DNA of 32,000 nucleotides. Origin: Mycobacterium tuberculosis H37Rv (lineage in GTDB: Bacteria; Actinomycetota; Actinomycetes; Mycobacteriales; Mycobacteriaceae). Positions 20,005 through 29,600 of the stretch are shown here, piece by piece. The notes below the pieces were generated by a model that made no database searches, was not told the origin of the DNA, and saw only the letters and a list, made by a program, of their open reading frames with translations. Position numbers and translations under genes: made by a program. The stretch's first letter is position 1; each line of letters starts with the position of its first letter. Location of the stretch: contig NC_000962.3 of assembly GCF_000195955.2 (NCBI RefSeq), positions 1,500,001 to 1,532,000 of the forward strand. Reading direction: 5' to 3'.

Positions 20005-21876
20005 TCAAGATAACGCCGGGTCAGTTGCAGGTATGCAGGTCGGCGGTAGTCGTCGTGCGGACAACATGTGCCGCATGGCCTCCCCGGGGACAGGCCGGGA
20101 GAACAAGAAGCCTTGCGCACGGTAACAGCGCTGATCCAATAGAATTCTGGCGGCAGCCTCGGTCTCGACGCCTTCGGCTACTACATCGAGTTGGAAGCCT
20201 TCGGCGAGTGTCATGATGCCGCGCACAATGACCAGATCGCTAGTGTTGGTTCCGAGTTGCCGCACGAATGTTTTGTCGATCTTGAGCGTGTCGATCGGTA
20301 GCGTCTGCAACAGTGATATGGCGCTATAGCCGGTGCCGAAATCGTCGATAGCGATGTGAACGCCGACTTCTTTGAGTCGAGCCAGGGTGGCTCTGGCGGT
20401 ATGTAGGTCTTGCACCACAACGTTTTCGGTGATTTCCAAACACACGGACGAGGCGTCCAGACCGTGCTGGCCGATCGTGTCTGCGACGAAGTCAACAAAC
20501 CCGCCCGTCACCAGCTGTCCAGCTGAGACGTTGATACGCAGCAGCGCGTCGTGGCCCAAACCGGCTGACTGCCACTCGGAGAATTCATTGCAGGCCCTCC
20601 GCAGCACCCATCTATCCAATTCGCCTGCAAGGTTGATGGATTCGGCCACAGGGATGAAGCAGCCCGGTGCCAGCAGCCCACGGGTGGGGTGCTGCCACCG
20701 GACCAATGCCTCGGTCCCGACAATGTCGCCGGTCCGTAGGTCGACCTCGGGTAGGTAGACCAGGCGAAGGGCGTCGGATTCGATACCACGTCGAAGGTGT
20801 AGTTCAATATCGTTGCGCAGTTCGCCGCTGACCGACATGTCCGCGGTGAAAATCGCGACGCTATCTCCGCCGGCGTGTTTGGCTGCCAGAGCGGCTTGGT
20901 CGGCTCGGCGCAGGAGGTCCGACGGTGTGTGCTGTCCGGGAGTCCCTGAGGCGACACCGATACTGACGGTGCGGGTGAGCACCTCACCGCCGATAGCGAC
21001 GTGGTCCTTGAGCTGGTCGCGAAGACGTTCGGCGAGCGGTTGAGCGGCATCGGCACTCATTGGAGATGCGGGTATGAGGACGAATTCGTCGCCGCCGAGT
21101 CGGGCGATCAGGCTCTCGCCAACGAGTGCGTCACCGATCCGTTGGGCGAACACATGGATGAACTGGTCACCGGCGGCGTGGCCCAGGTAGTCGTTGATGG
21201 CCTTGAGGCGGTCCAAGTCGAGAAATAGCGCCGCGACCGGGCCAGGTTGTCCGGGGGCCAGTCTTTGGTCCAGGTGCTGCAGCAACGCGCGACGGTTATG
21301 CAGTCCGGTCAGATCGTCATGGTCGGCCAGATAGCGAAGCCGCGCCTCGGCGGCGACGCGAGCCTGCACCTGGGCGAAGAGTGTAGCGATGGTCATGAGG
21401 GCGTTAAGCTCGGCCTCGTGCCATTTCCGATCACCGAACTTGATGAACCCCAGCAGTCCAGTGGTGATCTCGCCAGATACCAGCGGCACGGCGGCAGCCG
21501 ACGTTACCGGAACCCCGCGGGCTTCTTCGATGAGGCGTTGATAGTCCTCGGTGGCCGGCTCGGGCCGGAACACGAGAGGCTCTTTGGCGTGTTCGCATAG
21601 CGCAAACACCGGGTCGGCATCAGCGAAGTAGATCAGCCTGAGCGGATCGGGGTCCGGTATGTTGAGGCGAGGTGGCCATTCGGCCACCAGCCTCGTCGCG
21701 CGCCTGTCGCGATCGTTATGACGCAAAAAGCTGACATCTACGCCCAGCTGTTCCACTAGATAGGCCAAAACGCGCTGACTGACTTCGGCTGACGTGGCAG
21801 CGTCGACTGTCATGAGCTGGTTGGCTACGGTGGTGACGAGCTCCTCAAGCTGCGGCGTCGCGGTGTCGTTGCACAT
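20005..21876 (-). CDS. GAF-GGDEF-EAL bifunctional c-di-GMP synthase/phosphodiesterase (Rv1354c-like)
   Basis: The ORF is 623 aa. An N-terminal GAF-like region is followed by the intact diguanylate cyclase site RLGGDEFVLI. The EAL domain has EALVRWQHP and DDFGTGYS. Confidence 0.95.
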   Translation of the reverse strand: MCNDTATPQLEELVTTVANQLMTVDAATSAEVSQRVLAYLVEQLGVDVSFLRHNDRDRRATRLVAEWPPRLNIPDPDPLRLIYFADADPVFALCEHAKEPLVFRPEPATEDYQRLIEEARGVPVTSAAAVPLVSGEITTGLLGFIKFGDRKWHEAELNALMTIATLFAQVQARVAAEARLRYLADHDDLTGLHNRRALLQHLDQRLAPGQPGPVAALFLDLDRLKAINDYLGHAAGDQFIHVFAQRIGDALVGESLIARLGGDEFVLIPASPMSADAAQPLAERLRDQLKDHVAIGGEVLTRTVSIGVASGTPGQHTPSDLLRRADQAALAAKHAGGDSVAIFTADMSVSGELRNDIELHLRRGIESDALRLVYLPEVDLRTGDIVGTEALVRWQHPTRGLLAPGCFIPVAESINLAGELDRWVLRRACNEFSEWQSAGLGHDALLRINVSAGQLVTGGFVDFVADTIGQHGLDASSVCLEITENVVVQDLHTARATLARLKEVGVHIAIDDFGTGYSAISLLQTLPIDTLKIDKTFVRQLGTNTSDLVIVRGIMTLAEGFQLDVVAEGVETEAAARILLDQRCYRAQGFLFSRPVPGEAMRHMLSARRLPPTCIPATDPALS

Positions 21877-21884
21877 CTCGGATG

Positions 21885-24032
21885 CTATCTGTGCGGCTCT
21901 GGTATGGCGTGCCGTACGCGTCGGCGGCTACACACCGACGGCGGTGGCGCGTGGAACAACCTGAAGATCAACACCTCGTGCCCTTCTTTGCCCGGCTTGA
22001 CCAGTTCCCGAAAGTCGAGTTGCAGGCGGTGCAGCTGTGCGGCGAAATGGGGTGACGCTTGGTCGAGGTCGTGGCGGCCACGTGCATACAGGAAGATCGG
22101 TGACATCGGTTGTACGGCCAGTCCATGTTGTTGGGCCACAATCCACACCGCCTGCATGGCTGATCCGCCACGCGCAAAATCGGTGAGCGTGGCGCCATCA
22201 ACGTAGACGATTGCGAGCGCTGAACTCGCCGACACGCGCTCATTGGTGTTGTCTTCGAGGGCTGTTCCGCAATCCCATTGCGCTAGCCGTGCCACGACGT
22301 CGGAGCGTCGCAGGATATCGAGAACCCGCAATTCGCCGGAATCCAGTTCGAGGCTTCGGACATCGATGCCCGCATCGAGCGAAGGGTCGCCCGGCCACCG
22401 GAGCTCGGACATCATTTCCTCATGTAGCCTCGGGGTGAGATAGCGGATTCGGTCTGCAGCCGCTAAAATTGTTGCAGCCCGGTCGATCTCGTTTCGTGAC
22501 AGCAACAGCTGTAACCGCGCACCCTCAGCCGCGGCGGTGTTCGTTAACAACTCAACGGTCGCGGGGTGGACGTGACCGGGCATACCGTGGTGGCGATTGG
22601 TCGTTCTGAGCAGCATCGGCCGGTAAAGGGCCGCAAGGCTTGGATCATCACCACGGCCAAAATGCATTGTCGCTTGCAGCGGCGAGTCGGGCTGGGATTC
22701 GTCGAACTCTACTGATCCCAGGACCCGGTGTGCAGCGGCAGCGACACGCGCGTTAAACATGGCCGCGCCGACGGCCACTGCGCTACCACGAAACGCGATA
22801 TCCATTGCGCTGGTGTGCTCAGGTGCTAGTCGGATGGTCAGCGAATGCTGTTTGGCCACAACATGCCATGGCTGAACGTTGCCCCCTGAAGGCGCGCGAA
22901 TCGCCGCCTGAGCCACGATTTCGCTGGTTGGCTGCGGCTCGGCTGGCGCTGTTGGCGGCACGGACTCGAGCAACCATCCGTTCCCGCGAGACGGCATGGG
23001 CGGTTGATCGAGGCGATCTAGCGCTGCGGACACATCCACCCGTACCCGGCCAGACTCAAGTGGTTCTCCCAGACCGATTCTGCGTACCGCTTCAGCTACC
23101 GTCGCTGCGCCCACCCAGATATCGCCTGCCAACTGCGGCCATCCCCACAACGTCTGGTCAACTTCGATCATCGAAGCCGCACAACGCGCCGAGAGCTCTT
23201 GGCAATCAAGGATGTTGAGAACGTGGGGGACTTTGTCTTTTGTGGTCAGTCCACACAGCTTGTCGGCGTCGATGTCGCCCAATAGCCCATGAAAGATCGG
23301 TCGCCCAGGTTCGACGTCGTAGCGTTCGACATCGACCAGGCCGCGGTCACTGGTCGCCATCAGTACGGGGACACCACGGGCGCACGCGGCTTGTCGCAGT
23401 ATCACTTTGATATCCAGCGAGTCGCATTCTTCGATAACGACGTCAAGGCCGTCGAGGAACTCGTCGACGGATTCCGGCGAGAGCCCGGATGTAACGAGGT
23501 CCACGGCCAGGTAGGGATCCAGCTCCGCGATCCTGCGCGCCGCAATCATCGCCTTGTTGAGGCCAATGTCGAAGACGCCGACCGGCACGCGATTCAGGTT
23601 CGACAGCTCAATTTTGTCGAAATCGGCCAACCGCAGTGTGCCACAGGCACCTTCGGCGGCAAGGGTGTATGCGATCGCATGGCCGGCGCTGAGTCCGACG
23701 ACGCCGACCCGTAGCGCGTGCAGTGCGCGTTGTTCCTCAGCGGTGATGAGGTGCCTGTTGCGGTCCAAGCGCACGGCACGGAACCCCCGGAGACCCAGAA
23801 TGGCAACAACCATGCGCCGCCAGGGATAATAGGCCCATCGCTTCGCTTCTTCTAGCAGATCTGGATCAGGCTGTGGCAGCAGGCGCCGCACGCCCGCTAG
23901 CTGTTCTGCGAATCGGTCGACGAACTCGATGCTCGGATCTGAGCGTAGTCGATCGAGCACCAGGACATCGTCGTGGTCATCGTCACGAAGGACGAGAATG
24001 CCGGTGCTGCCGCCCTCGTGTGGGATGGTCAC
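21885..24032 (-). CDS. moeY: E1-like (ThiF/MoeB-type) adenylation domain fused to a nitroreductase-fold C-terminal half; annotated historically as MoeY (Rv1355c family)
   Basis: The ORF is 715 aa from a GTG start. The ThiF-type core is [21 protein letters not shown] ... [15 protein letters not shown] ... [10 protein letters not shown]. The C-terminal half carries the nitroreductase blocks [23 protein letters not shown] and [24 protein letters not shown] see no CxxC pairs and no rhodanese domain. Confidence 0.88.
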
Positions 24033-24820
24033 TGTTCGGCTCCAGCGGTCGCTGCGGTGGTTGCGCTCAACGCTTCTACATCGCGCAGAAGCTTGCGCGA
24101 CTCGACAAGCATTCTTGACAGTTGTTTTGGCTCGGCATGGTTAGCCAAGGTTCTGCGGTCCCACCAGATCATCTTGGTCCGGTAGCGCTCGTCCGGGTAT
24201 GCTGCCGCCGGGATTCTCGCTGCTATTACTCCCCCCGAAGAACGCCACCGGTCCAGCGCGTGGGCCGCCGCGGTCCCCATCACAAACTGAACCCCCAACA
24301 GGGACATGCTTAGCGGTAGGGCGCGCGCCAAGGCGGCAGCAATCGCATCACTGCGCTGCGCGTCACTATTAACCCACCCGGACTTCACTTCCACGACCCC
24401 GAATGGCGCCCGGTCATTGATCATCTTGCGCACCGCGGATAATCCGGGATTGCCAGCCCATTCGACTACCGCATGCGAGTCATCGGCTGACCGCAGCGGT
24501 CCGATTACCCGAGCGCCCCCGACTACATCTCCTCCAATATCAATGGCGGCAAAGAACAACTGTGTATCGGAACCGTCACTGATGGCGTCGAGATCTAAGG
24601 TACACTCGACTCCGTGCTTACTATAGGCGCGAAGCGCACCCTGAAGGTATGTATTCCACAACGTGGGATCGAGCGCGGGTTGCGATACCACAAGCCGGCA
24701 TTGCGCATCAGAAACCCACACACTGAGATTTTCCGAAAAATGCAACTTCTGCGGTGCGATAGGACGAAGTTGAGCGGTGGTCATGATTCTCCAATCTGTT
24801 AGGTATCCGGCAATTAACAC
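24029..24820 (-). CDS. Conserved protein of unknown function, translationally coupled to moeY (Rv1356c-like, 263 aa)
   Basis: This is track ORF 24029..24820. Its TGA overlaps the moeY GTG as GTGA. Composition is coding-like. I can assign no motif with confidence; a GNAT/acyltransferase-like fold is only a guess. An alternative start is MTTAQLRP, 12 codons in. Confidence 0.7.
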
Positions 24821-24958
24821 GAGATTTGCTGCCCCTGTATCGAGCAGCGCAGACGTTGGGGCTGCGCCCGGAGAATTGCTGCCGTTGCGCAGAACGGCGC
24901 CGCACGGCAGGGTTCAACGCCCGGCCGCGCTGGTATTTATCGAGTCGCTGCGAGAGCC

Positions 24959-25017
24959 GTGAACAAATTGTCACGAAATCGTGCGCACGCGCGTTCACAA
25001 ATACCACGCGCACGCGC
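24959..25017. repeat. Imperfect direct repeat pair, each unit ACAAAT...CACG...GCGCACGCGC, with GTGAAC/GTTCAC inverted ends
   Basis: GCGCACGCGC occurs at 24983-24992 and again at 25008-25017. ACAAAT occurs at 24963-24968 and 24997-25002. GTGAAC (24959-24964) is the inverse of GTTCAC (24993-24998). The repeat lies 140-200 bp upstream of the Rv1356c-like start on the minus strand. Confidence 0.5.
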
Positions 25018-25292
25018 TCGAAAACTACATGACCAGATAGCCAGATTTTTCCGGACCGGCAAAGCGTTGTTCAGTGTTGGTCACGGCTCTTGATCGTATT
25101 TACCCCGGGTGGCGTAGACCCTATCGATGGTGGACCCCGTTCATCGGGGTAATCGAATGGATCATGCAAAATATTACTTTGACGAGTATTCATTCCGATT
25201 CAACCGGTCCCACCCACCTCTCATGCGTGCGGGGCATACTGTTCTACGGCTTGGTGAAACACGCCGTTGCCATCGATCTACACCCACGCGAC

Positions 25293-26216
25293 CTACTCTC
25301 TGAAAAAGTCGACCGGCAGTGCCTTGGCAAAGTGCCAGCCTTGTGCGGCTTTACAGCCGAAGGCGCGCAACCGGGCGGCTTGGCTGGGGGTTTCGACTAG
25401 CTTTGCAGTGACGGTGATACCGAGCTTGTCGCCAAGGTCGATCATTGCCCGGGTGATCTGTTCGTTGGCCAGCCGAGCTTGAATGTCGCCATCGAGGCAC
25501 TCGATGAACTTTCCCCCGAGTTTGACCACGTCGACGGGGAGGCGGGGAAGGTAGGCGAGGCTGGAGAATCCAATGCCGAAGTCGTCGATGGCGATGCCGA
25601 CGCCGAGAGCGGACAATTCTTGTAGCCTGGTCACCGCCTTCTCGTCTCTGCTAAGGCGCGCGTCCTCGGCCAGTTCGAGCTGCAGGGCATGGGCGGGCAG
25701 GCCGGTTTCGCCGAGCACACCTTCGACCAGCACCAGGAAGCCGGGATCGCAGATGGTGCTGGCGGAGACGTTGACGCTGACAAACGGTTGCGGGTCGGTG
25801 CTGTGGTCACGCCAACTGCGGACGTGGCGGCAGGCCTGCTCGAGCACGAAGGCCGTGAGCGGCACCATCAGTCCGTTGTTCTCGGCACGGTCGATGAACC
25901 GGCCCGGGAGTAGCGTGCCCAACGTCGGGTGTTCCCAGCGCAGCAGGGCCTCGGCGCCGATGATGCGGTTGTCGGCAAGCCGGATGATTGGCTGGTAGAC
26001 GAGGAAGAATTCACCGCGATCCAGTGCCACGCGCATCGAAGTGGACAGATAATGGCGAGTGTTGACCTGGTCGCGGTCGGAGTCCGCCCATTGGTCAGGA
26101 TTGGCTACCATCGCTCGCGCTTGCATCGCGCCCCTAAACATCTCTTCGTAGTCGATCAACTTGGTCGGCCTGAGCGCGCAAGCGAACGCTGTAGCGCGCT
26201 GACAACAACGATCCAT
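25293..26216 (-). CDS. Stand-alone EAL-domain c-di-GMP phosphodiesterase (Rv1357c-like)
   Basis: The ORF is 307 aa. The EAL domain blocks are EALLRWEHP, DDFGIGFS and QGWHFAKALP. A short N-terminus precedes it with no recognisable sensor domain. Confidence 0.93.
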   Translation of the reverse strand: MDRCCQRATAFACALRPTKLIDYEEMFRGAMQARAMVANPDQWADSDRDQVNTRHYLSTSMRVALDRGEFFLVYQPIIRLADNRIIGAEALLRWEHPTLGTLLPGRFIDRAENNGLMVPLTAFVLEQACRHVRSWRDHSTDPQPFVSVNVSASTICDPGFLVLVEGVLGETGLPAHALQLELAEDARLSRDEKAVTRLQELSALGVGIAIDDFGIGFSSLAYLPRLPVDVVKLGGKFIECLDGDIQARLANEQITRAMIDLGDKLGITVTAKLVETPSQAARLRAFGCKAAQGWHFAKALPVDFFRE

Positions 26217-26611
26217 CCAAGGGCTGCATCAGGATTCACAGCCCGGTGGGCACCTCGCCGACCGCGGTGGCAACGCGAAGCACACCACCGAAGTCGTCTT
26301 GACCCGAACCGTCGCAGTAGATTCTGGAGTCCTGGGAGGCAAAGATCGTCAGCGATAATGCGTAAAAGTCCGTCACGTACTACGTAGAAGGTCCGTGAGT
26401 GCAGCCGTTCCGGGCATGCACGAACCGGCGCTTACACGTCGAAGGCGGCTGCGCGGCAATCAGTCTCGGTGGGTAACCCATTGTCGGCGGGCGATCGGTT
26501 ACCTCTCGAATCGACGGCCGCCCGCATCTGAGTTAGCCAGGCCAGCGGTTTCCTACGGGCGCTGGGTGCAAAGATACGACTTCCGGGTGCAATAGTTACG
26601 CGCTATCGCTG

Positions 26612-29600
26612 ATGTTCTTGTCCGCACCGGCCTTCAGAGTTGAGCCAACGCGTAGTCGCCACTCGGCACTACGGTGGGCGCGTCATCGACGCTTCGCTGA
26701 CGGCCCGAGGTGGCAGATGTTGCGCTCGCTGCAGATCGCCGATCAAATCGCTCGTACGGGTCACATGCCAGTGAGGCGTCTTGATCTGATCTGGATCAGC
26801 GCACGAAACGCCGCGAGACGGGAGCTTGATCTGGGCGTGGCTGCGCTGGTGGAGGCTGTGACGTTGCTCACTGCTGACGTCGAGGGCTCGACACGGCTGT
26901 CGCAGACGCGACTCAACGAGCTAGCGGCCGATTACCCAACCTTGGATCAGAACATATCGGAAGCTGTCGCGGCCCATGGCGGGGTGACGCGACCGGTAGA
27001 CCAGGAGGTGGGTAGCGGTCTCGTCGTCGCGTTCCTGCGTGCTGGCGACGCGATCGCGTGCGCTTTGGAACTGCAGCTCTCAACGTTGGCGCCTATGCGG
27101 CCGCGTGTCGGTGTGCACACCGGCGATGTCCGGCTGCGCGGCGACGGCACCATCACCGGCTCCGCGATCAACGAGAGTGCGTGTCTGCGCGACCTCGCAC
27201 ACGAAGGCCAGACTTTGCTTTCAGCCGCCACTGGCGATCTGGTCATCGACCAGCTTCCGGCAAATACCTGGCTGACCGACGTCGGCAAGTACCCCCTGCG
27301 GGGTTTGCATCGCCAAGAACGGGTTATCCAGTTGTGTCATCGAGACCTACGCAATGAGTTTCCGCCGCTGCGGATGTCGGTCGGTAACAGATCCAGCCTT
27401 CCGGCCCAGTTCACCACTTTTGTAGGCCGTGACGCACAGATCAACGAGGTGCAAGAGGTCCTGACGAACTACCGGCTGGTGACGCTGCGCGGCGAGGGCG
27501 GTGTAGGTAAGACGCGTCTGGCGATCCAGATCGCGGCCGCGTCGGAATTTCGCGATGGTCTGTGTTTCGTCGACTTGGCACCGATTGCCGATCCCGGCAT
27601 GGTGTCCACCACCGCGGCCCATGCTCTAGGTCTGATCGATCGGCCGGGCAGCTCAACATTCGACACTCTTAGTCATGCCATCGGCAACTGCCACATGCTA
27701 ATGGTGTTGGACAACTGTGAGCACGTGTTGGATGCGTGCGCCGAGCTGGTCGTTGAGCTGCTGGGTGCCTGCCCGGAGTTAAGCATTTTGGCGACCAGCC
27801 GCGAGTCGATCGGCGTGACCGGCGAGGTCACATGGGTGGTGCCGTCGTTGTCTCCGGCGAACGAAGCAATCCAGTTGTTCACTGAACGTGCGCGCCTAGT
27901 CCAACCCAATTTTGAGATCGTTGCTGACAACTTCGACGCCGTGAGCGAGATCTGCCGGCGGCTAGACGGTATGCCCCTGGCAATCGAGTTGGCCGCGGCA
28001 CGATTGCGGTCGTTGTCGCCAAACGAGATCGCCAACAGTTTGGATGACCGATTCCGCCTGCTGACCGGTGGTGCTCGCAGTACGGTGCAGCGCCAGCAGA
28101 CATTACGGGCATCTATGGATTGGTCGTACGCACTGCTGACTGACACCGAACGGATCCTGTTCCGCCGCCTTGCGGTGTTTGTGGGCGGTTTCGACCTCAC
28201 CGCGGCGAGCGAAGTCGCCGCCGCCGGCGGCGACGACTTCGTCGAGCGGTATTCAGTGCTTGATCAACTGACGCTGCTTGTCGACAAGTCGCTGGTGGTA
28301 GCCGAAGAAAGCCGAGGCAGTACGCGCTATCGGCTGTTGGAAACCGTACGCCAGTATGCGCTAGAAAAACTGAACGAATCCGAAGAAATCGACGGGGTGC
28401 GCGCTAGGCACCGGACCCACTACGCAACCATGGCGGCAGGGCTGAACGTTCCCGCCTCCACCGACTATGAACAACGCCTCCTGCAGGCTGAAGCCGAAAT
28501 CGATAATTTGCGTGCCGCATTCACCTGGAGCCGTGGAAACGGCGATATTGCAGCCGCATTGCAGCTCGCATCCGCATTGCAACCGCTGTGGTCGCAGGGG
28601 CGCATGCGCGAAGGGCTGGCCTGGCTCGAATCCATCCTCGAGCGGGAAGGCGACAATCATCTTGTGCCGGCGGGGGTTTGGGCGCGGGCGCTTGCGGAGA
28701 AGGTAATACTCAAGGCTTGGCCGGCCACGAGCCCGATGGGCGCCCCCGACATCGTCGCGCAGGCTCACCATGCCTTGGCGCTGGCACGCGACGCAGGCGA
28801 CTGCGCAGTGTTGGCTCGAGCGCTCGTCGCATGTGGCTGCGGCAGTGGTTGCGACACGGAAGCCGCTCAACCCTACTTCGCCGAGGCGATCGAGCTGGCG
28901 CGCGCCATTAACGATGAGTGGACATTGAGCCAAATCGATTATTGGCAGGTGGTCGGGATCTTCATATCGGGTCAGCCAATTCCTTTGCGAGCTGCGGCCG
29001 AACAAGCTCGAGAGCTCGCCGACAGCATCGGAAACCGGTTCGTCTCACGTCAATGCCGCCTGTTTGCCTGCCTGGCGCAGATATGGGAAGGCGACGCGAA
29101 CGGAGCATTGGCACTATCTCGCGACGTTACCGCCGAGGCCGAGGTGGCAAACGATGTCGTTACTAAGGTACTCGGTTTGTATGTCGAAGCCATGGCACTG
29201 TCTTACATCGGCGACAGCGCCGCCCGGACCATCGCTGGTGCGGCTCTCGAAGCTGCCACCGAGTTAGGCGGGATTTACCAAGATCTGGGTTACGGAGCGA
29301 TAACTCGCGCGGCGTTGGCCGCGGGCGACGTAGCGGCCATTGAGGCTAGCGAAGCGAGCTGGGATCTTCGCAATCAACACAACGTGGTAACGGCACACCA
29401 CGAGCTGATGGCGCAGGCAGCCCTGGTTCGCGGCGATGTGACCACGGCAAGACGTTTCGCCGACGAAGCTGTGCTTGCGAGCACCGGATGGCATCTGATG
29501 ATGGCGCTGATAGCACGGGCGCGAGTGGCGATTGCGCAGGACGAGCTGGGAAAGGCACGCGATGACGCCCACGCCGCGGTGGCGTGCGGCGTCGGTGTGC

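Noticed and set aside
21885-24032. Idea that moeY is the missing E1 for the CysO sulfur carrier encoded 19 kb upstream
   Set aside because: MoeY lacks a rhodanese domain and the CxxC zinc motifs expected of MoeB/MoeZ-type sulfur-carrier activators. It is embedded in an unrelated operon. I recall that CysO activation is attributed to a MoeZ-type enzyme elsewhere in the genome.
25074-25400. 108-codon plus-strand ORF in the low-GC spacer downstream of the EAL gene
   Set aside because: The hand-counted GC3 is only about 59 percent. Its 3' third is antisense to the EAL gene end, and it shows no family signal. I cannot exclude a small gene but cannot support one.
26217-26611. Divergent 395-bp spacer between the EAL gene and the large LuxR regulator, including the 66-codon ORF 26395..26595 and a TACGTA-containing near-palindrome around 26377-26390
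   Set aside because: The ORF is Arg-rich with no support. The palindrome is short and imperfect, and I could not tie it to any known operator, so it is noted only as a place to look for promoters.
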